Positions 10,723 through 19,743 are shown, counted from the stretch's first letter. The stretch is 64,000 nt of DNA from Deferribacterales bacterium (GCA_050251875.1 JBFWMA010000001.1:337587-401586); one strand, 5' to 3'. The notes: generated by a model not told the origin, from the letters alone. Program-made: numbers and translations.

Positions 10723-11946
10723 TCAGACCAGCCTGTGCCATCGGCTGCCGTCCGAGATGAATGTCGTCAGAGGCGATGCGGCTGTCAGATAGCTGTATTC
10801 ATAGTCTTCCGGGTTATACAGAGATACGGTGACTGTCTCCGATGAGCTGTCTGTCTTTTTCACTGTGACCGTCTGTCCGGCGCATGTGGCGAAGTAGGGA
10901 AGCATAATCTCAAACCCGCCGGACGAAGCGTCAGCCAGAACATATTCCTCACTGCCGTACAGATATGTGTCATCTGAAACCGTGACCGTTCTTTCAGATG
11001 GATTGCGGTAAACCGACAGGATATTGATTCCGCCGGATATGTCCGTTGTCAGCGTTACCGAGTCGCCTTTGGAATAGAGCGTCACTCCGGAGAGTGTAGC
11101 TGTGTCTGTGACGACATAGAGCGCCAGCGGGTTTTCATCTGCCTTGCGTATGGTGAGAGGCAGACCGTGCATGCCGTCCGAAACGTTTACAAAAACATAG
11201 GCGCTCAGAAGCTCAGCGGAAATATCAGCCGTGCCGAGCCCAGTTCCCAGAAAGGCGTAAGCGGCTGACGCCATGCCTCCGCCAGCAGGCAGTTCAGGGG
11301 AGAAGTCTCTTCCCTGTCCGCAGGAGACGGAAGATAGAACCCATGACGTGCCTGCGCTGACAAGCTCCAGAGAGCTTCCGGCGTACAGGCTGACGCTTCC
11401 TGCCGTGTCACGGATGTAATCCGTTCCGTTCGGAGTGATAACCACAGTGCCTTTATAGCTCTCTGTTCCGTTCATAAAGCGGAATCGCACGCCTGGACAT
11501 AGCGCCGCCTCCGGCAGTGCGGCTGTGATGAGAAAACCTTCCTCCGGGCAGATGAACAGAATATTTCTGTCGGCGGGGCTCACTGTGTATTCCGTGTCAG
11601 TCACGGTTATCAGGCTGTCCTGAGCGGAAATATGCTGAGCTGTGCTGTTCAGAGTGTCCGCAGTCAGCACGTTCGCTATCATACTGCCCGCAGACCAGTC
11701 TTTCGCCTCTGTGTTTTCTCTGCCTCTCTGCGCCGTCATGGTGCCTTCCGCTGTTTTCGTCACCAGAATGACTTCTCTGCCGTCATCATCCAGAGGGCTG
11801 GCGTATTCCCTGCTCCATATCACGGCGGTGAAAACGCCTGCGGGAAACAGAGAGGGATCGTATGCGTATACCTCAGCGCCTGATTCCGCCAGAGCGGACG
11901 ACAGAGCGGTTTTGGCAAAGTTGGAGAATGTCAGAATATCTGCCAT
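10723..11946 (-). CDS. Tail fibre-like protein
   Basis: N-terminal FSNFAKTAL...EVILVT...RGRENTEAKDWSAG...LTA fibre-anchor motif, followed by about three repeated beta modules. Confidence 0.65.
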   Translation of the reverse strand: MADILTFSNFAKTALSSALAESGAEVYAYDPSLFPAGVFTAVIWSREYASPLDDDGREVILVTKTAEGTMTAQRGRENTEAKDWSAGSMIANVLTADTLNSTAQHISAQDSLITVTDTEYTVSPADRNILFICPEEGFLITAALPEAALCPGVRFRFMNGTESYKGTVVITPNGTDYIRDTAGSVSLYAGSSLELVSAGTSWVLSSVSCGQGRDFSPELPAGGGMASAAYAFLGTGLGTADISAELLSAYVFVNVSDGMHGLPLTIRKADENPLALYVVTDTATLSGVTLYSKGDSVTLTTDISGGINILSVYRNPSERTVTVSDDTYLYGSEEYVLADASSGGFEIMLPYFATCAGQTVTVKKTDSSSETVTVSLYNPEDYEYSYLTAASPLTTFISDGSRWHRLV

Positions 11947-11955
11947 GACAGCGCC

Positions 11956-12909
11956 TTAGTCTATCAGCCAGTCGATGGTGGTTTTGTTGTCCGGTTCGTG
12001 GGGGCATCCGGCGGGTACGGATTCTTTTATCCAAAACCCCGCAGACGCAGGGCGTGTGTCGAATGATACGGAGTTGCCCGCCTCGAAAGTGCCGGAAAAA
12101 CACTCTGCCGGAATAGTGAAATAGGGTCTGGCGGTCTTTTCGTTTATAGGGGAATAGGATGAGGATATTGTGCCGGACGGCAGAACTCCGGTCTCCGCCC
12201 CGGCGACAGTGTATGACAGCGCCGATGTGAAGGTGAGCGAATAGGTGTCGTATTCTGTTCCGGCGTTATAGAGTGTCATCGCTGACGGGTCGAACTGACC
12301 TGTCAGACTGCTGACGCTTACATTCTCATAACCGGGCGTCAGATCGCCCAGCTCCAGCATCACGCCCGCATATGTGTCAGAGGCGAGATACGAGTCAGCC
12401 AGCTGAGCCTGAAGGCTGATGGTGGCGGTGTTTCCGTTGAAAGAGGCGGTGGAGATTCTCACTGTCTCTGTGTTTTCACCCGTGCGCAGAATCAGCAGAC
12501 AGCCGTCAGGGATGGTGTAGTCAGCCGTCTTGAAATACACCTGAATGGTTGTGTCGCCCGCCGCTGCGTCAGAGACGAGCTGACCGCACCCTGTCCATGT
12601 CAGGCTCTCGGCGTCCGGCTGCGCGTCCGTGTGTGTGCCGCGGGCTATGTAAAAGCTGTCCTGTCCGTTTCCGGGGGACGACAGTCCTGCGCAAGCGCCG
12701 TAGGCTGTTTCTCCGGAGGTGTTCATGTTGCTCATGAATACCTTTCTGTAGCGGACTATGCCCGTCTCTCTTTCGGATGATGTTACTCTGGGAAACAGGT
12801 TGAATTTCACGCCGGAGACTATGCCCCCCGCCTTGTTCTCTCTGCCGCCGTTTGTTTCGGTGTCTGTTATGTTAAGTGATCTGTTAAGCTGTATGTCGGT
12901 CTGGTTCAT
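11956..12909 (-). CDS. Phage tail-tip structural protein
   Basis: DI......TD...NGGR....IVSG...NLFP.V...ER..G..RYRKVF N-terminal motif recalled from siphophage tail proteins. Confidence 0.6.
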   Translation of the reverse strand: MNQTDIQLNRSLNITDTETNGGRENKAGGIVSGVKFNLFPRVTSSERETGIVRYRKVFMSNMNTSGETAYGACAGLSSPGNGQDSFYIARGTHTDAQPDAESLTWTGCGQLVSDAAAGDTTIQVYFKTADYTIPDGCLLILRTGENTETVRISTASFNGNTATISLQAQLADSYLASDTYAGVMLELGDLTPGYENVSVSSLTGQFDPSAMTLYNAGTEYDTYSLTFTSALSYTVAGAETGVLPSGTISSSYSPINEKTARPYFTIPAECFSGTFEAGNSVSFDTRPASAGFWIKESVPAGCPHEPDNKTTIDWLID

Positions 12910-12910
12910 C

Positions 12911-13279
12911 TCATACCTCCGTCAGTCTGATAGTTCCGTAATAGATATCCGTGGGGTCGTATGTCTGCTTTTTTGTCACGGGTGAAAGCTCCAGCGGGTC
13001 TTCAGAATATCTGAACACCGCCGTCATGGTCTTTTCACCCATTATGACAGCCACCTGCGCCATGCTCTGTGCCAGCTCCCGAAGCGTTTCGGCGCTTTCA
13101 CGGGTCAGTCCGTCACGCACGTTGGGGATGTAGATATCTATATCCGCGCATGCGCTGCCTATGTATGTATGGGTGTATCCGTCAGCGTCCGTCACGGCGG
13201 AAGAGGACGGCATGCCGTATCTCTGTTCGTTCGCCCACACGGCGGATGTGGGCAGGGTCACACCGGCGATGCTTATCAT
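12911..13279 (-). CDS. Distal-tail-like small virion protein
   Basis: MISIAGVTLP...VWANE and C-terminal YYGTIRLTEV pattern; precedes the tail-tip gene. Confidence 0.5.
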   Translation of the reverse strand: MISIAGVTLPTSAVWANEQRYGMPSSSAVTDADGYTHTYIGSACADIDIYIPNVRDGLTRESAETLRELAQSMAQVAVIMGEKTMTAVFRYSEDPLELSPVTKKQTYDPTDIYYGTIRLTEV

Positions 13280-13632
13280 GCTGTCACCATGCGGTATTTA
13301 GCCGTCAGCCGGAAAGTGACAGTCCTGCTGTCCGTGGAATCCAGAGCGCTCTGCACGCTCACTGCGCCTGATGTCTTTACCGCTTTGAAGGCTTTGTCCA
13401 GCGGGCTTAAATCCGCCCTGCCTATGCTGAGCAGACGGATGAATATTTTTACCGTGTGCTCTTCGGTCATCACTCCGCCATCGTCCACGGATGACATTCC
13501 GCCGTATTCGATGTATGCCGCCGGCTCTCTGCCTGTCACGGGGGCGGAGTCCTCACGGATCACCACGGAGGAGAAGGCGCCTGTGGCTGTGAGGATGTCT
13601 GAGTTTTCTGTTAAAAGATCAGTTATGCTCAT
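13276..13632 (-). CDS. Neck/tail-terminator-like protein
   Basis: 118 aa, PAAYIEYGG motif, directly after the head adaptor; overlaps both neighbours. Confidence 0.45.
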   Translation of the reverse strand: MSITDLLTENSDILTATGAFSSVVIREDSAPVTGREPAAYIEYGGMSSVDDGGVMTEEHTVKIFIRLLSIGRADLSPLDKAFKAVKTSGAVSVQSALDSTDSRTVTFRLTAKYRMVTA

Positions 13633-14000
13633 CAGCTGTACCCCTTCCAGTCGCCGTTACCCGTCACAGTACATCCGGACGCTTTCCTGACGGCTGTGCC
13701 GTCAGACGCCGTCACCGGGGCGAGAGGATTCAGTATTCTGGATACTTCGGTGATGTACTGCTCCGCCGTTGTCCATTCGGCGGCATAGCTGTAGAGCTCC
13801 GCCAGAGTCTTTTTCTTCACAGCCAGCCTCAGCACAGGGTCCGCCTCGTCATATTCTATGTCGTAGCTGTCCGCCACCGCCTGAACGTATATTCTGGCGT
13901 TTTCCAGACATTCCTGAGCTATGCTGTCGTCTCCGGCGCATATCGCCATATAGTCGTTTTCGCTGAATGACTGCTGTATCTCTTCTATGTCAATTTCCAT
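13632..14000 (-). CDS. Head-tail adaptor (Mu gp36/DUF1320-like)
   Basis: 122 aa acidic helical protein immediately after the capsid gene. Confidence 0.55.
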   Translation of the reverse strand: MEIDIEEIQQSFSENDYMAICAGDDSIAQECLENARIYVQAVADSYDIEYDEADPVLRLAVKKKTLAELYSYAAEWTTAEQYITEVSRILNPLAPVTASDGTAVRKASGCTVTGNGDWKGYS

Positions 14001-14022
14001 TTCACACCTTCATGCTGTAATG

Positions 14023-14041
14023 GGCGGGGCTTTCGCCCCGC
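14023..14041 (-). other. Stable hairpin directly after the major capsid gene
   Basis: Minus strand GCGGGGC-GAAA-GCCCCGC with no following U tract. Confidence 0.7.
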
Positions 14042-14049
14042 AAAATTCA

Positions 14050-15033
14050 TTAAAGGACGCTCGCCCAGCAGATTCCCTTAGTGAAGGGAACGGGAAGGGG
14101 CTTGCTCTCCGCTATGATCTCGATGGTGGATGAACGCTGGTCTCTGACCTGCTTCACAAAGAAAGGCATGGCTGTGAGACTGCTGTCCAGATCATCGATG
14201 ACTGTGTATACCAGCTCGAAGGGAGCGTCAGCGGCGAACGCCATTATCTTTGAGTTGTCCACAACCTTGATCTGTGATCCGGTGGCGAGGTCAGTGTATG
14301 AGCTGTTCATCAGCTCCACTCTGAACCCGGCGATGTTGATTGTTTTGGCGTCTATCATGGCTGTCACGGACGGGTTGCTGATGTCCTGAACCACCTTGGC
14401 GAGCGCCATGAAAGCGCTCTGCCCAGCCCAGAAGCGTACCTCCGCTCCATAGTGAGAGCTGCTCTGGATGTTCGCCTCCATACCGATGAGGTCGGCGAGG
14501 ATGCTGTCCAGACTGATGGTGGAATTGTTCCAGAGCGAATCGGGGGAATAGCTGAGGGTGGAGCCGAAGTCCACGCTGTATGTGCCGTATCCGCCGTCCA
14601 TGCTCATGGGGTAGGCGATGCTTCCTTTCAGAGACTGAGCCGCCATCGCCTCGGTGGAGGCTCTGACTATGCGGCGCAGACGGTCGATTTTGTTGTTCAC
14701 CAGAAGCTGGATACCAGTTTCGTCCAGCAGTTTCAGGTTGTTCACGTCCACACCGTTCAGACGCTCGCTGGGGCGGAAGGGCTGAGGCTCTATATGTGTG
14801 ATTACCGAGTTTTCCTCATAAACGGGCAGGGGGTCTCCGCCTCTTCTGGTTACGGCGATGTTTGTCACCGGCTGCTGAAGATCTGTCACGGAGACAGTGG
14901 GCAGGGGATGGTTTCTGCGTTTCGCTTCGGGATACACGTTATCCAGAACGGGGGATTTCAGCTCGGGCATCTCTGTGAGAGAGCGGATTATTGATTCGGA
15001 TGTGAAGAATTTTCCAAGGTCAAACTGTATCAT
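14050..15033 (-). CDS. Major capsid protein (lambda gpE-like family)
   Basis: 327 aa; LRRIVRASTEAMAAQSLKGSI, VDFG, W...., C-terminal ESKPLPVP; follows the protease and decoration genes; AGGAG RBS. Confidence 0.85.
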   Translation of the reverse strand: MIQFDLGKFFTSESIIRSLTEMPELKSPVLDNVYPEAKRRNHPLPTVSVTDLQQPVTNIAVTRRGGDPLPVYEENSVITHIEPQPFRPSERLNGVDVNNLKLLDETGIQLLVNNKIDRLRRIVRASTEAMAAQSLKGSIAYPMSMDGGYGTYSVDFGSTLSYSPDSLWNNSTISLDSILADLIGMEANIQSSSHYGAEVRFWAGQSAFMALAKVVQDISNPSVTAMIDAKTINIAGFRVELMNSSYTDLATGSQIKVVDNSKIMAFAADAPFELVYTVIDDLDSSLTAMPFFVKQVRDQRSSTIEIIAESKPLPVPFTKGICWASVL

Positions 15034-15053
15034 TATATATACTCCTTAGTTGA

Positions 15054-15416
15054 TTAGAATATCCAGACGGGTGTGTTCGCTTCCAGAGCCGCTCTGGCAG
15101 AGGCGGACGCTTCTGAGCCCAGAACCAGAAGACTGGAGCCGAGAACAGCGCCGTGCACCATGACGTTTCCGGCGGTGTCTTTTGATGTGTCTGTGTCCTC
15201 TGTGCATACGCCCACGGGGATGTTGAGGGGCGAAGAGCCTGCGGGGTCATATGACTGGGCTGTGCCTTCTGTGTTCAGGGCGATGATTTCGCCTGCGGGT
15301 ATTGTGCCGTTGTCGGCTGAAAACTCCATCAGACGCACCACCGCAGGGTGTCTGCCGTCTATAACGGATTTGGAAGAGATGGTCTGTGTGCCGACCACGC
15401 CGTTTACTGTTGCCAT
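15054..15416 (-). CDS. Head decoration protein (gpD-like)
   Basis: 120 aa, GTIPAGEIIA...YDP...PVGVCTEDTDT...VMVHG; lies between protease and capsid genes. Confidence 0.75.
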   Translation of the reverse strand: MATVNGVVGTQTISSKSVIDGRHPAVVRLMEFSADNGTIPAGEIIALNTEGTAQSYDPAGSSPLNIPVGVCTEDTDTSKDTAGNVMVHGAVLGSSLLVLGSEASASARAALEANTPVWIF

Positions 15417-15426
15417 GTGTTACTCC

Positions 15427-16110
15427 TTATATCTTTGAAAAAATTCTCTGTGTTCCGGACACTGAGCCGGAGGAGATTGCGCCCTGAGATACCGGCTGTT
15501 TGACAGAAGAGAAGATATCTGTCATAAATCCGCTGAAATTAAGCCCCGGATGTTCTTTTTCCACTTTGTCGGCGAAGCTGAGCAGAGCCTCTTTTCTGCC
15601 GATGGGCAGTTTTCCGGATGCCGCTTCGGACAGCTTTCTGATCCTGTCCGCTCTTTCGGCGTTTTTCAGCCGTGAAAATTCGCTGAGCTCGCTGTCCGAC
15701 ATCACAAATCCGCAGTTGTCTGACGTGAAGGTGACGAGCCTGCTTCTGTCGCCCATCTCGATGATCTGCAATCCTTTGATCATGGGGGGGACAGCGCCCA
15801 GAAACGCCACATGGTGCAGATAGAGCGAGTCATCTTCACCACGGGCGGCTCCTATGCTCCAGTTTTTGTACCTTCCCTGTTCGAAGGCTTCCGACAGGTC
15901 GGCGCCCAGCTCTATTTCGCCGATGAGCACCGTGCCGTCCGCTGAAACCTCCAGCGATCTTACCCACCCGTAAGCGGGCATTGAATCATCCGACTCGTGA
16001 CCGATGGTGACAGGCACATCGGAGACAAAATTTTTCGCCATGCTCAGCAGGTCTTCCGGCGTGATATTCACCCCGCCGTGACTGCCGGCTCTGGCTAATT
16101 CAAGTTTCAT
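15427..16110 (-). CDS. Prohead protease/scaffold (Mu I / P2 GpO-like)
   Basis: PVTIGH, PAYGWV, GRYKNWSI, YLHHVAFLGAVPPMIKGL, then a short helical scaffold tail; GGAGG RBS. Confidence 0.8.
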   Translation of the reverse strand: MKLELARAGSHGGVNITPEDLLSMAKNFVSDVPVTIGHESDDSMPAYGWVRSLEVSADGTVLIGEIELGADLSEAFEQGRYKNWSIGAARGEDDSLYLHHVAFLGAVPPMIKGLQIIEMGDRSRLVTFTSDNCGFVMSDSELSEFSRLKNAERADRIRKLSEAASGKLPIGRKEALLSFADKVEKEHPGLNFSGFMTDIFSSVKQPVSQGAISSGSVSGTQRIFSKI

Positions 16111-16156
16111 ATTTTCCTCCTTCGTTCCTCTGATGAAGGGGATGTTACAGAAAAAA

Positions 16157-16204
16157 TACGCATAATATGTGTAAAAATGTTTAAGAATGACAGATGATTT
16201 GTGT
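16157..16204. promoter_or_regulatory. Two operator-like sites upstream of the virion operon
   Basis: TACGCATA-A-TATGTGTA near-palindrome (16157-16173) and ACAGATGATTTGTGT (16190-16204), both similar to the sites at 20114-20198. Confidence 0.5.
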
Positions 16205-16271
16205 GATATTTTTGACTTTCAATAAAGCTGATTAAGGTTTATGCTATTGAAAACTACATATGGAGAGCCCT

Positions 16272-17231
16272 ATGTTTTTCAGATTGATTGCTCTTTTTTC
16301 CGTTTTAACGCTTTTCGCGTGCGCCTCTGACTATTCTTCTCAGTATTTCGATATGTCTAAACAGGCGATGAAGTCCGCCTCTGTGGACGATGCTCTGAAA
16401 GCGTATGAAAAATCAGTGAAACACAACCCCCACTCACCCGACTATTATAACGCCAGAGGGGATATCTATTATAACTATGGCAGATACGGCGAGGCTGTTA
16501 ACGACTATACTCAGTCTCTCAGAAACGATACGAGCTCCGAGGTAAACCTGAAAAGGGGCAGGGCATATATGAAACTGCGCTATTTCAAGGATGCCTCCAT
16601 CGATTTCACCAGCGTGATAGACAGACACAATCAATATATGTACACAGCGTATGTGGAAAGAGCCAAAGCCTACATAGAGCTGGGCATGCACAAGGAAGCC
16701 CTGAGAGATCTGGAAAAGACAAAGAAAAGATCAGGAGACTCTCTTGAGCTGAACATCGCTCTGGGCGAAGTATACATCAAGCTGAACGACCCGGATAAAG
16801 CGAAAGAGTATGTGCAGAAAGCTCTGATTATGGATCCTGAAAACGCTGAGATGTATCTGCTCAGAGGCAAACTGTATTACAAAACAAAAGACGCCAACCA
16901 GGCGATCAGCGATATGAAAACCGCTCTGGAAAAAGACCCTTCCCTCTCCGGGGCTAAGCTGGAGCTGGCGAGGATATATGCCACATGCCCTCTGGAAATA
17001 TACAGAGACGGCAAAAAAGCCGTGGAGATGGCACGAGAGATTTATGAGATATCAAACGATCTGAACGCTCTGATCGTGCTGGCGGCAGGATATGCGGAGA
17101 TGGGCGATTTTAAAAAAGCTATCTCACTTTTGGACTCCAGAATCGAAGGGACAAAAGACTATGTAATGCAGGATGATATGCGTGTTTATAAGAGAGCCTA
17201 TGAAGAGAACCGCACAATCACAGGCTGGTAA
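16272..17231 (+). CDS. TPR-repeat lipoprotein
   Basis: Lipobox LFAC after a hydrophobic leader; multiple TPR motifs (YNARG..Y...G.Y..A..DY); start at 16272 with GGAG RBS. Confidence 0.85.
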   Translation: MFFRLIALFSVLTLFACASDYSSQYFDMSKQAMKSASVDDALKAYEKSVKHNPHSPDYYNARGDIYYNYGRYGEAVNDYTQSLRNDTSSEVNLKRGRAYMKLRYFKDASIDFTSVIDRHNQYMYTAYVERAKAYIELGMHKEALRDLEKTKKRSGDSLELNIALGEVYIKLNDPDKAKEYVQKALIMDPENAEMYLLRGKLYYKTKDANQAISDMKTALEKDPSLSGAKLELARIYATCPLEIYRDGKKAVEMAREIYEISNDLNALIVLAAGYAEMGDFKKAISLLDSRIEGTKDYVMQDDMRVYKRAYEENRTITGW

Positions 17232-17250
17232 TATTTGAATATATTAAAAC

Positions 17251-17278
17251 AGGGCGGTCGATTGACCGCCTTTTTTTT
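17251..17278 (+). terminator. Intrinsic terminator
   Basis: ggcggtc-gatt-gaccgcc followed by T8. Confidence 0.9.
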
Positions 17279-17534
17279 GATCGTTTTTCCGCATATTTAA
17301 TTTATTTTTTCTCCATTTTAAATGGTTATTTTTGAGCCACCTATGATAAAAACATCTCTGACAAAGGTTTCAGATATTCTTTTCAACAGACTCTCCACAA
17401 TTTTGTTGATAAAAAAAAACTTGACAGCTGTATCCCTGATATAATGGGAGTCCTGTGTAAATGGTTGGTGAATTAGGCTATATTTAGAAATTGTACTGAA
17501 TTGTATACAATCTGACATAAAATGCCGGAAATTT

Positions 17535-19715
17535 TCAACAGGTTTTCCACAATAGCGATGCGGGTTCCAGCTTATTTTCATAGTCCCTGTAATTTTTCTG
17601 CAAAAATTCAAAAATATTCTTGTCTTTGTGTGAAAAGGAGATGACAGCGCTGTACCTGACAGACGCTTTTCCTTTATAAAAATCTCTTTTATAAGGCGTG
17701 ATGCGCATGACGAGATCGCCTGGCAGCGGACTGTTTTTGAATTTCTTCTCATACAGTTTCACGGGATGCCATTTCAGCCTCTCTTTCATGTCGTCCGCCT
17801 GAAGACCGCTCTCCGGATATGTCAGCATGTCCCGGGCTGTCAGAAAAGATGTCCATGCGCTGTTTTTATAATATCCCACAGAGACTTCCAGATTAACGCA
17901 TTGATAGAAATGAGGGAAATTCATGTCTGTGTCCGTCTTGTAAACCAGTGTGACGCACAAAGTGCCTGTGGCGTGTTTTCCGCTGAAGAGAAGAGACGGC
18001 ACGGGGATATCGGGTATCTCGACTATGCTGTTGAGCTGGGCTGTGCCGCTGTGCAGATAGACGGCGCTGTCCGGTCTGTGCTCAAAATGACTGTGATCGT
18101 CCGGCACCACCCCGTATCCGGTGTATATATCCGGGCTTTTGCCCGTTTTCAGATGAGTGTAGTGCAGTATCAGCGCCTTAGTCATGTCCGGGCTGTCATA
18201 GGCGTGTGAGTATTTTTCATACAGTTTAGCCGCCAGAGCCGAGACTCTGGGCACGGCGTGGGATGTTCCCGTGTCCTCCGCCAGCTCGTTTCTGGTGCCG
18301 ATGGAAAAGACCCCCACCGGACGCACTCTGCCCATGCGTGTTTCGTGGGCGCCGCCATAGGCGCATATCTCAGGCTTCACAGCGCCTCCCGCTCCCGAGC
18401 CTCTGCGGGAGAAGAGCGACGGCGAATCCTTCAGCTGAAGATTGGTGTCCGTGTGGGCGGCGGATCCCACGGTCAGCGAGTGTATGCTCTCCGCCGGAAC
18501 AGTGACAGTGTTGTCTATGAAGCGGTCGGAGCTGTCCAGACGCAGCGGTTCATAATTGCCCGCAGAAATTATAAACAGCACATCGAACTCTTTCTGTAAA
18601 CTGTCCAGAATATATGCGGCATGGGAAAACTCGGAAGAGTTCACTGGGGAGCTTGAGCCCATAGATATATTATAAATCTTGATAAACTTATGATATTCCT
18701 TCAGCAGGATTTTCATTCTGGAATAAAAAACGTCTATGGGCAGACATCCGTCAGCGGGGAGTATCTCCACGTTCAGATAGGTTATTCCGCCGAATTTTTC
18801 GCCGTTCAACAGCAGTCTGCCGGATACGAATGTTCCGTGTCTGGCGTTTGTATCCATGCTGTCGGTGAGCCTTACTGTGGATATCTCCCACTCTTTCAGA
18901 TACGAAGACCCGCAAACTCCTGAATCCACCACGGCGGCTCTGGGATATTTTTTAGAGAAATCTCTGACGTCCACACAGTCCAGAGGCAGATCCTCGTGAC
19001 GAATGTAGTCCGGAGTCAGCGTGAGCACGGTGCGTGGGGAGAGCGACCGTATCAGGCTGTGGGTCAGGAGCCTGTCAGCCTTTGACTTTATATCCGGTAT
19101 GCTGGTCTTTATGGTTTTGAAACCGCCGAGATCGATGATTTCCACTGATGTCGCTCCCGTTTCGTTTTTCAGAAATCCGGTCAGCCTCTCCGCCTCTTCG
19201 GAGTCATGAAAAAAATTTATAAACACAGGCTCGTCATGACGCATGTCTGAAACAGCGCAGAAAAAATCGGCGGAAATGAGCTGTTTGTCTTCCGGCATCA
19301 TGGCGGCTATGTCGCTGATGTGTGAGAAAGAAGCGAGAAAATCGGGTGACTTTCGTGTGGCTATCGTTCTGTTCAGTCTGTCCAGATCTCTGTCGGCGGT
19401 GATGGGAAAGATGAAATCGTGGAGGGAGAGGCTGGCGACAGGGCAGATGCCTGTGTCTGACAGGAAGCGGTACCGGAGCGATTTTGAGGATGACCCGCAT
19501 TTCACGCTGAGTCTGTTGAAAACGGGCAGACCGTCATTATATCCGTATGACCGGTAAAATCTGAAGCCTGTTGTCAGGCTGTCGGAAATTTTTGATATGT
19601 CAGGCATCCCAGTGTGGCTTGTTCTGATTTTTCCGCCTCTGATCTGTCGTGGATTCTGGCGGATCATTTTTTTAGAAAACCTGAGGATAAAAGGGCAGCA
19701 GTCTTGGCTGTTCAT
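17535..19715 (-). CDS. S8 (subtilase) serine protease, cytoplasmic Y4bN/IetS-like
   Basis: AAVVDSG (Asp), HGTFVSG (His), ISAGN (oxyanion Asn), GTSHAVP (Ser), PAESIHSLTVG, VKPE; no signal peptide. Confidence 0.85.
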   Translation of the reverse strand: MNSQDCCPFILRFSKKMIRQNPRQIRGGKIRTSHTGMPDISKISDSLTTGFRFYRSYGYNDGLPVFNRLSVKCGSSSKSLRYRFLSDTGICPVASLSLHDFIFPITADRDLDRLNRTIATRKSPDFLASFSHISDIAAMMPEDKQLISADFFCAVSDMRHDEPVFINFFHDSEEAERLTGFLKNETGATSVEIIDLGGFKTIKTSIPDIKSKADRLLTHSLIRSLSPRTVLTLTPDYIRHEDLPLDCVDVRDFSKKYPRAAVVDSGVCGSSYLKEWEISTVRLTDSMDTNARHGTFVSGRLLLNGEKFGGITYLNVEILPADGCLPIDVFYSRMKILLKEYHKFIKIYNISMGSSSPVNSSEFSHAAYILDSLQKEFDVLFIISAGNYEPLRLDSSDRFIDNTVTVPAESIHSLTVGSAAHTDTNLQLKDSPSLFSRRGSGAGGAVKPEICAYGGAHETRMGRVRPVGVFSIGTRNELAEDTGTSHAVPRVSALAAKLYEKYSHAYDSPDMTKALILHYTHLKTGKSPDIYTGYGVVPDDHSHFEHRPDSAVYLHSGTAQLNSIVEIPDIPVPSLLFSGKHATGTLCVTLVYKTDTDMNFPHFYQCVNLEVSVGYYKNSAWTSFLTARDMLTYPESGLQADDMKERLKWHPVKLYEKKFKNSPLPGDLVMRITPYKRDFYKGKASVRYSAVISFSHKDKNIFEFLQKNYRDYENKLEPASLLWKTC

Positions 19716-19743
19716 AAGACCGAAATCCCCCGGGTGAGTTATG

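Noticed and set aside
4514..16110. Tailocin, eCIS or classical encapsulin locus
   Set aside because: No sheath or tube gene was recognised and head genes are present; the protease, decoration, neck and fibre genes and the lack of a cargo enzyme do not fit known encapsulin operons.
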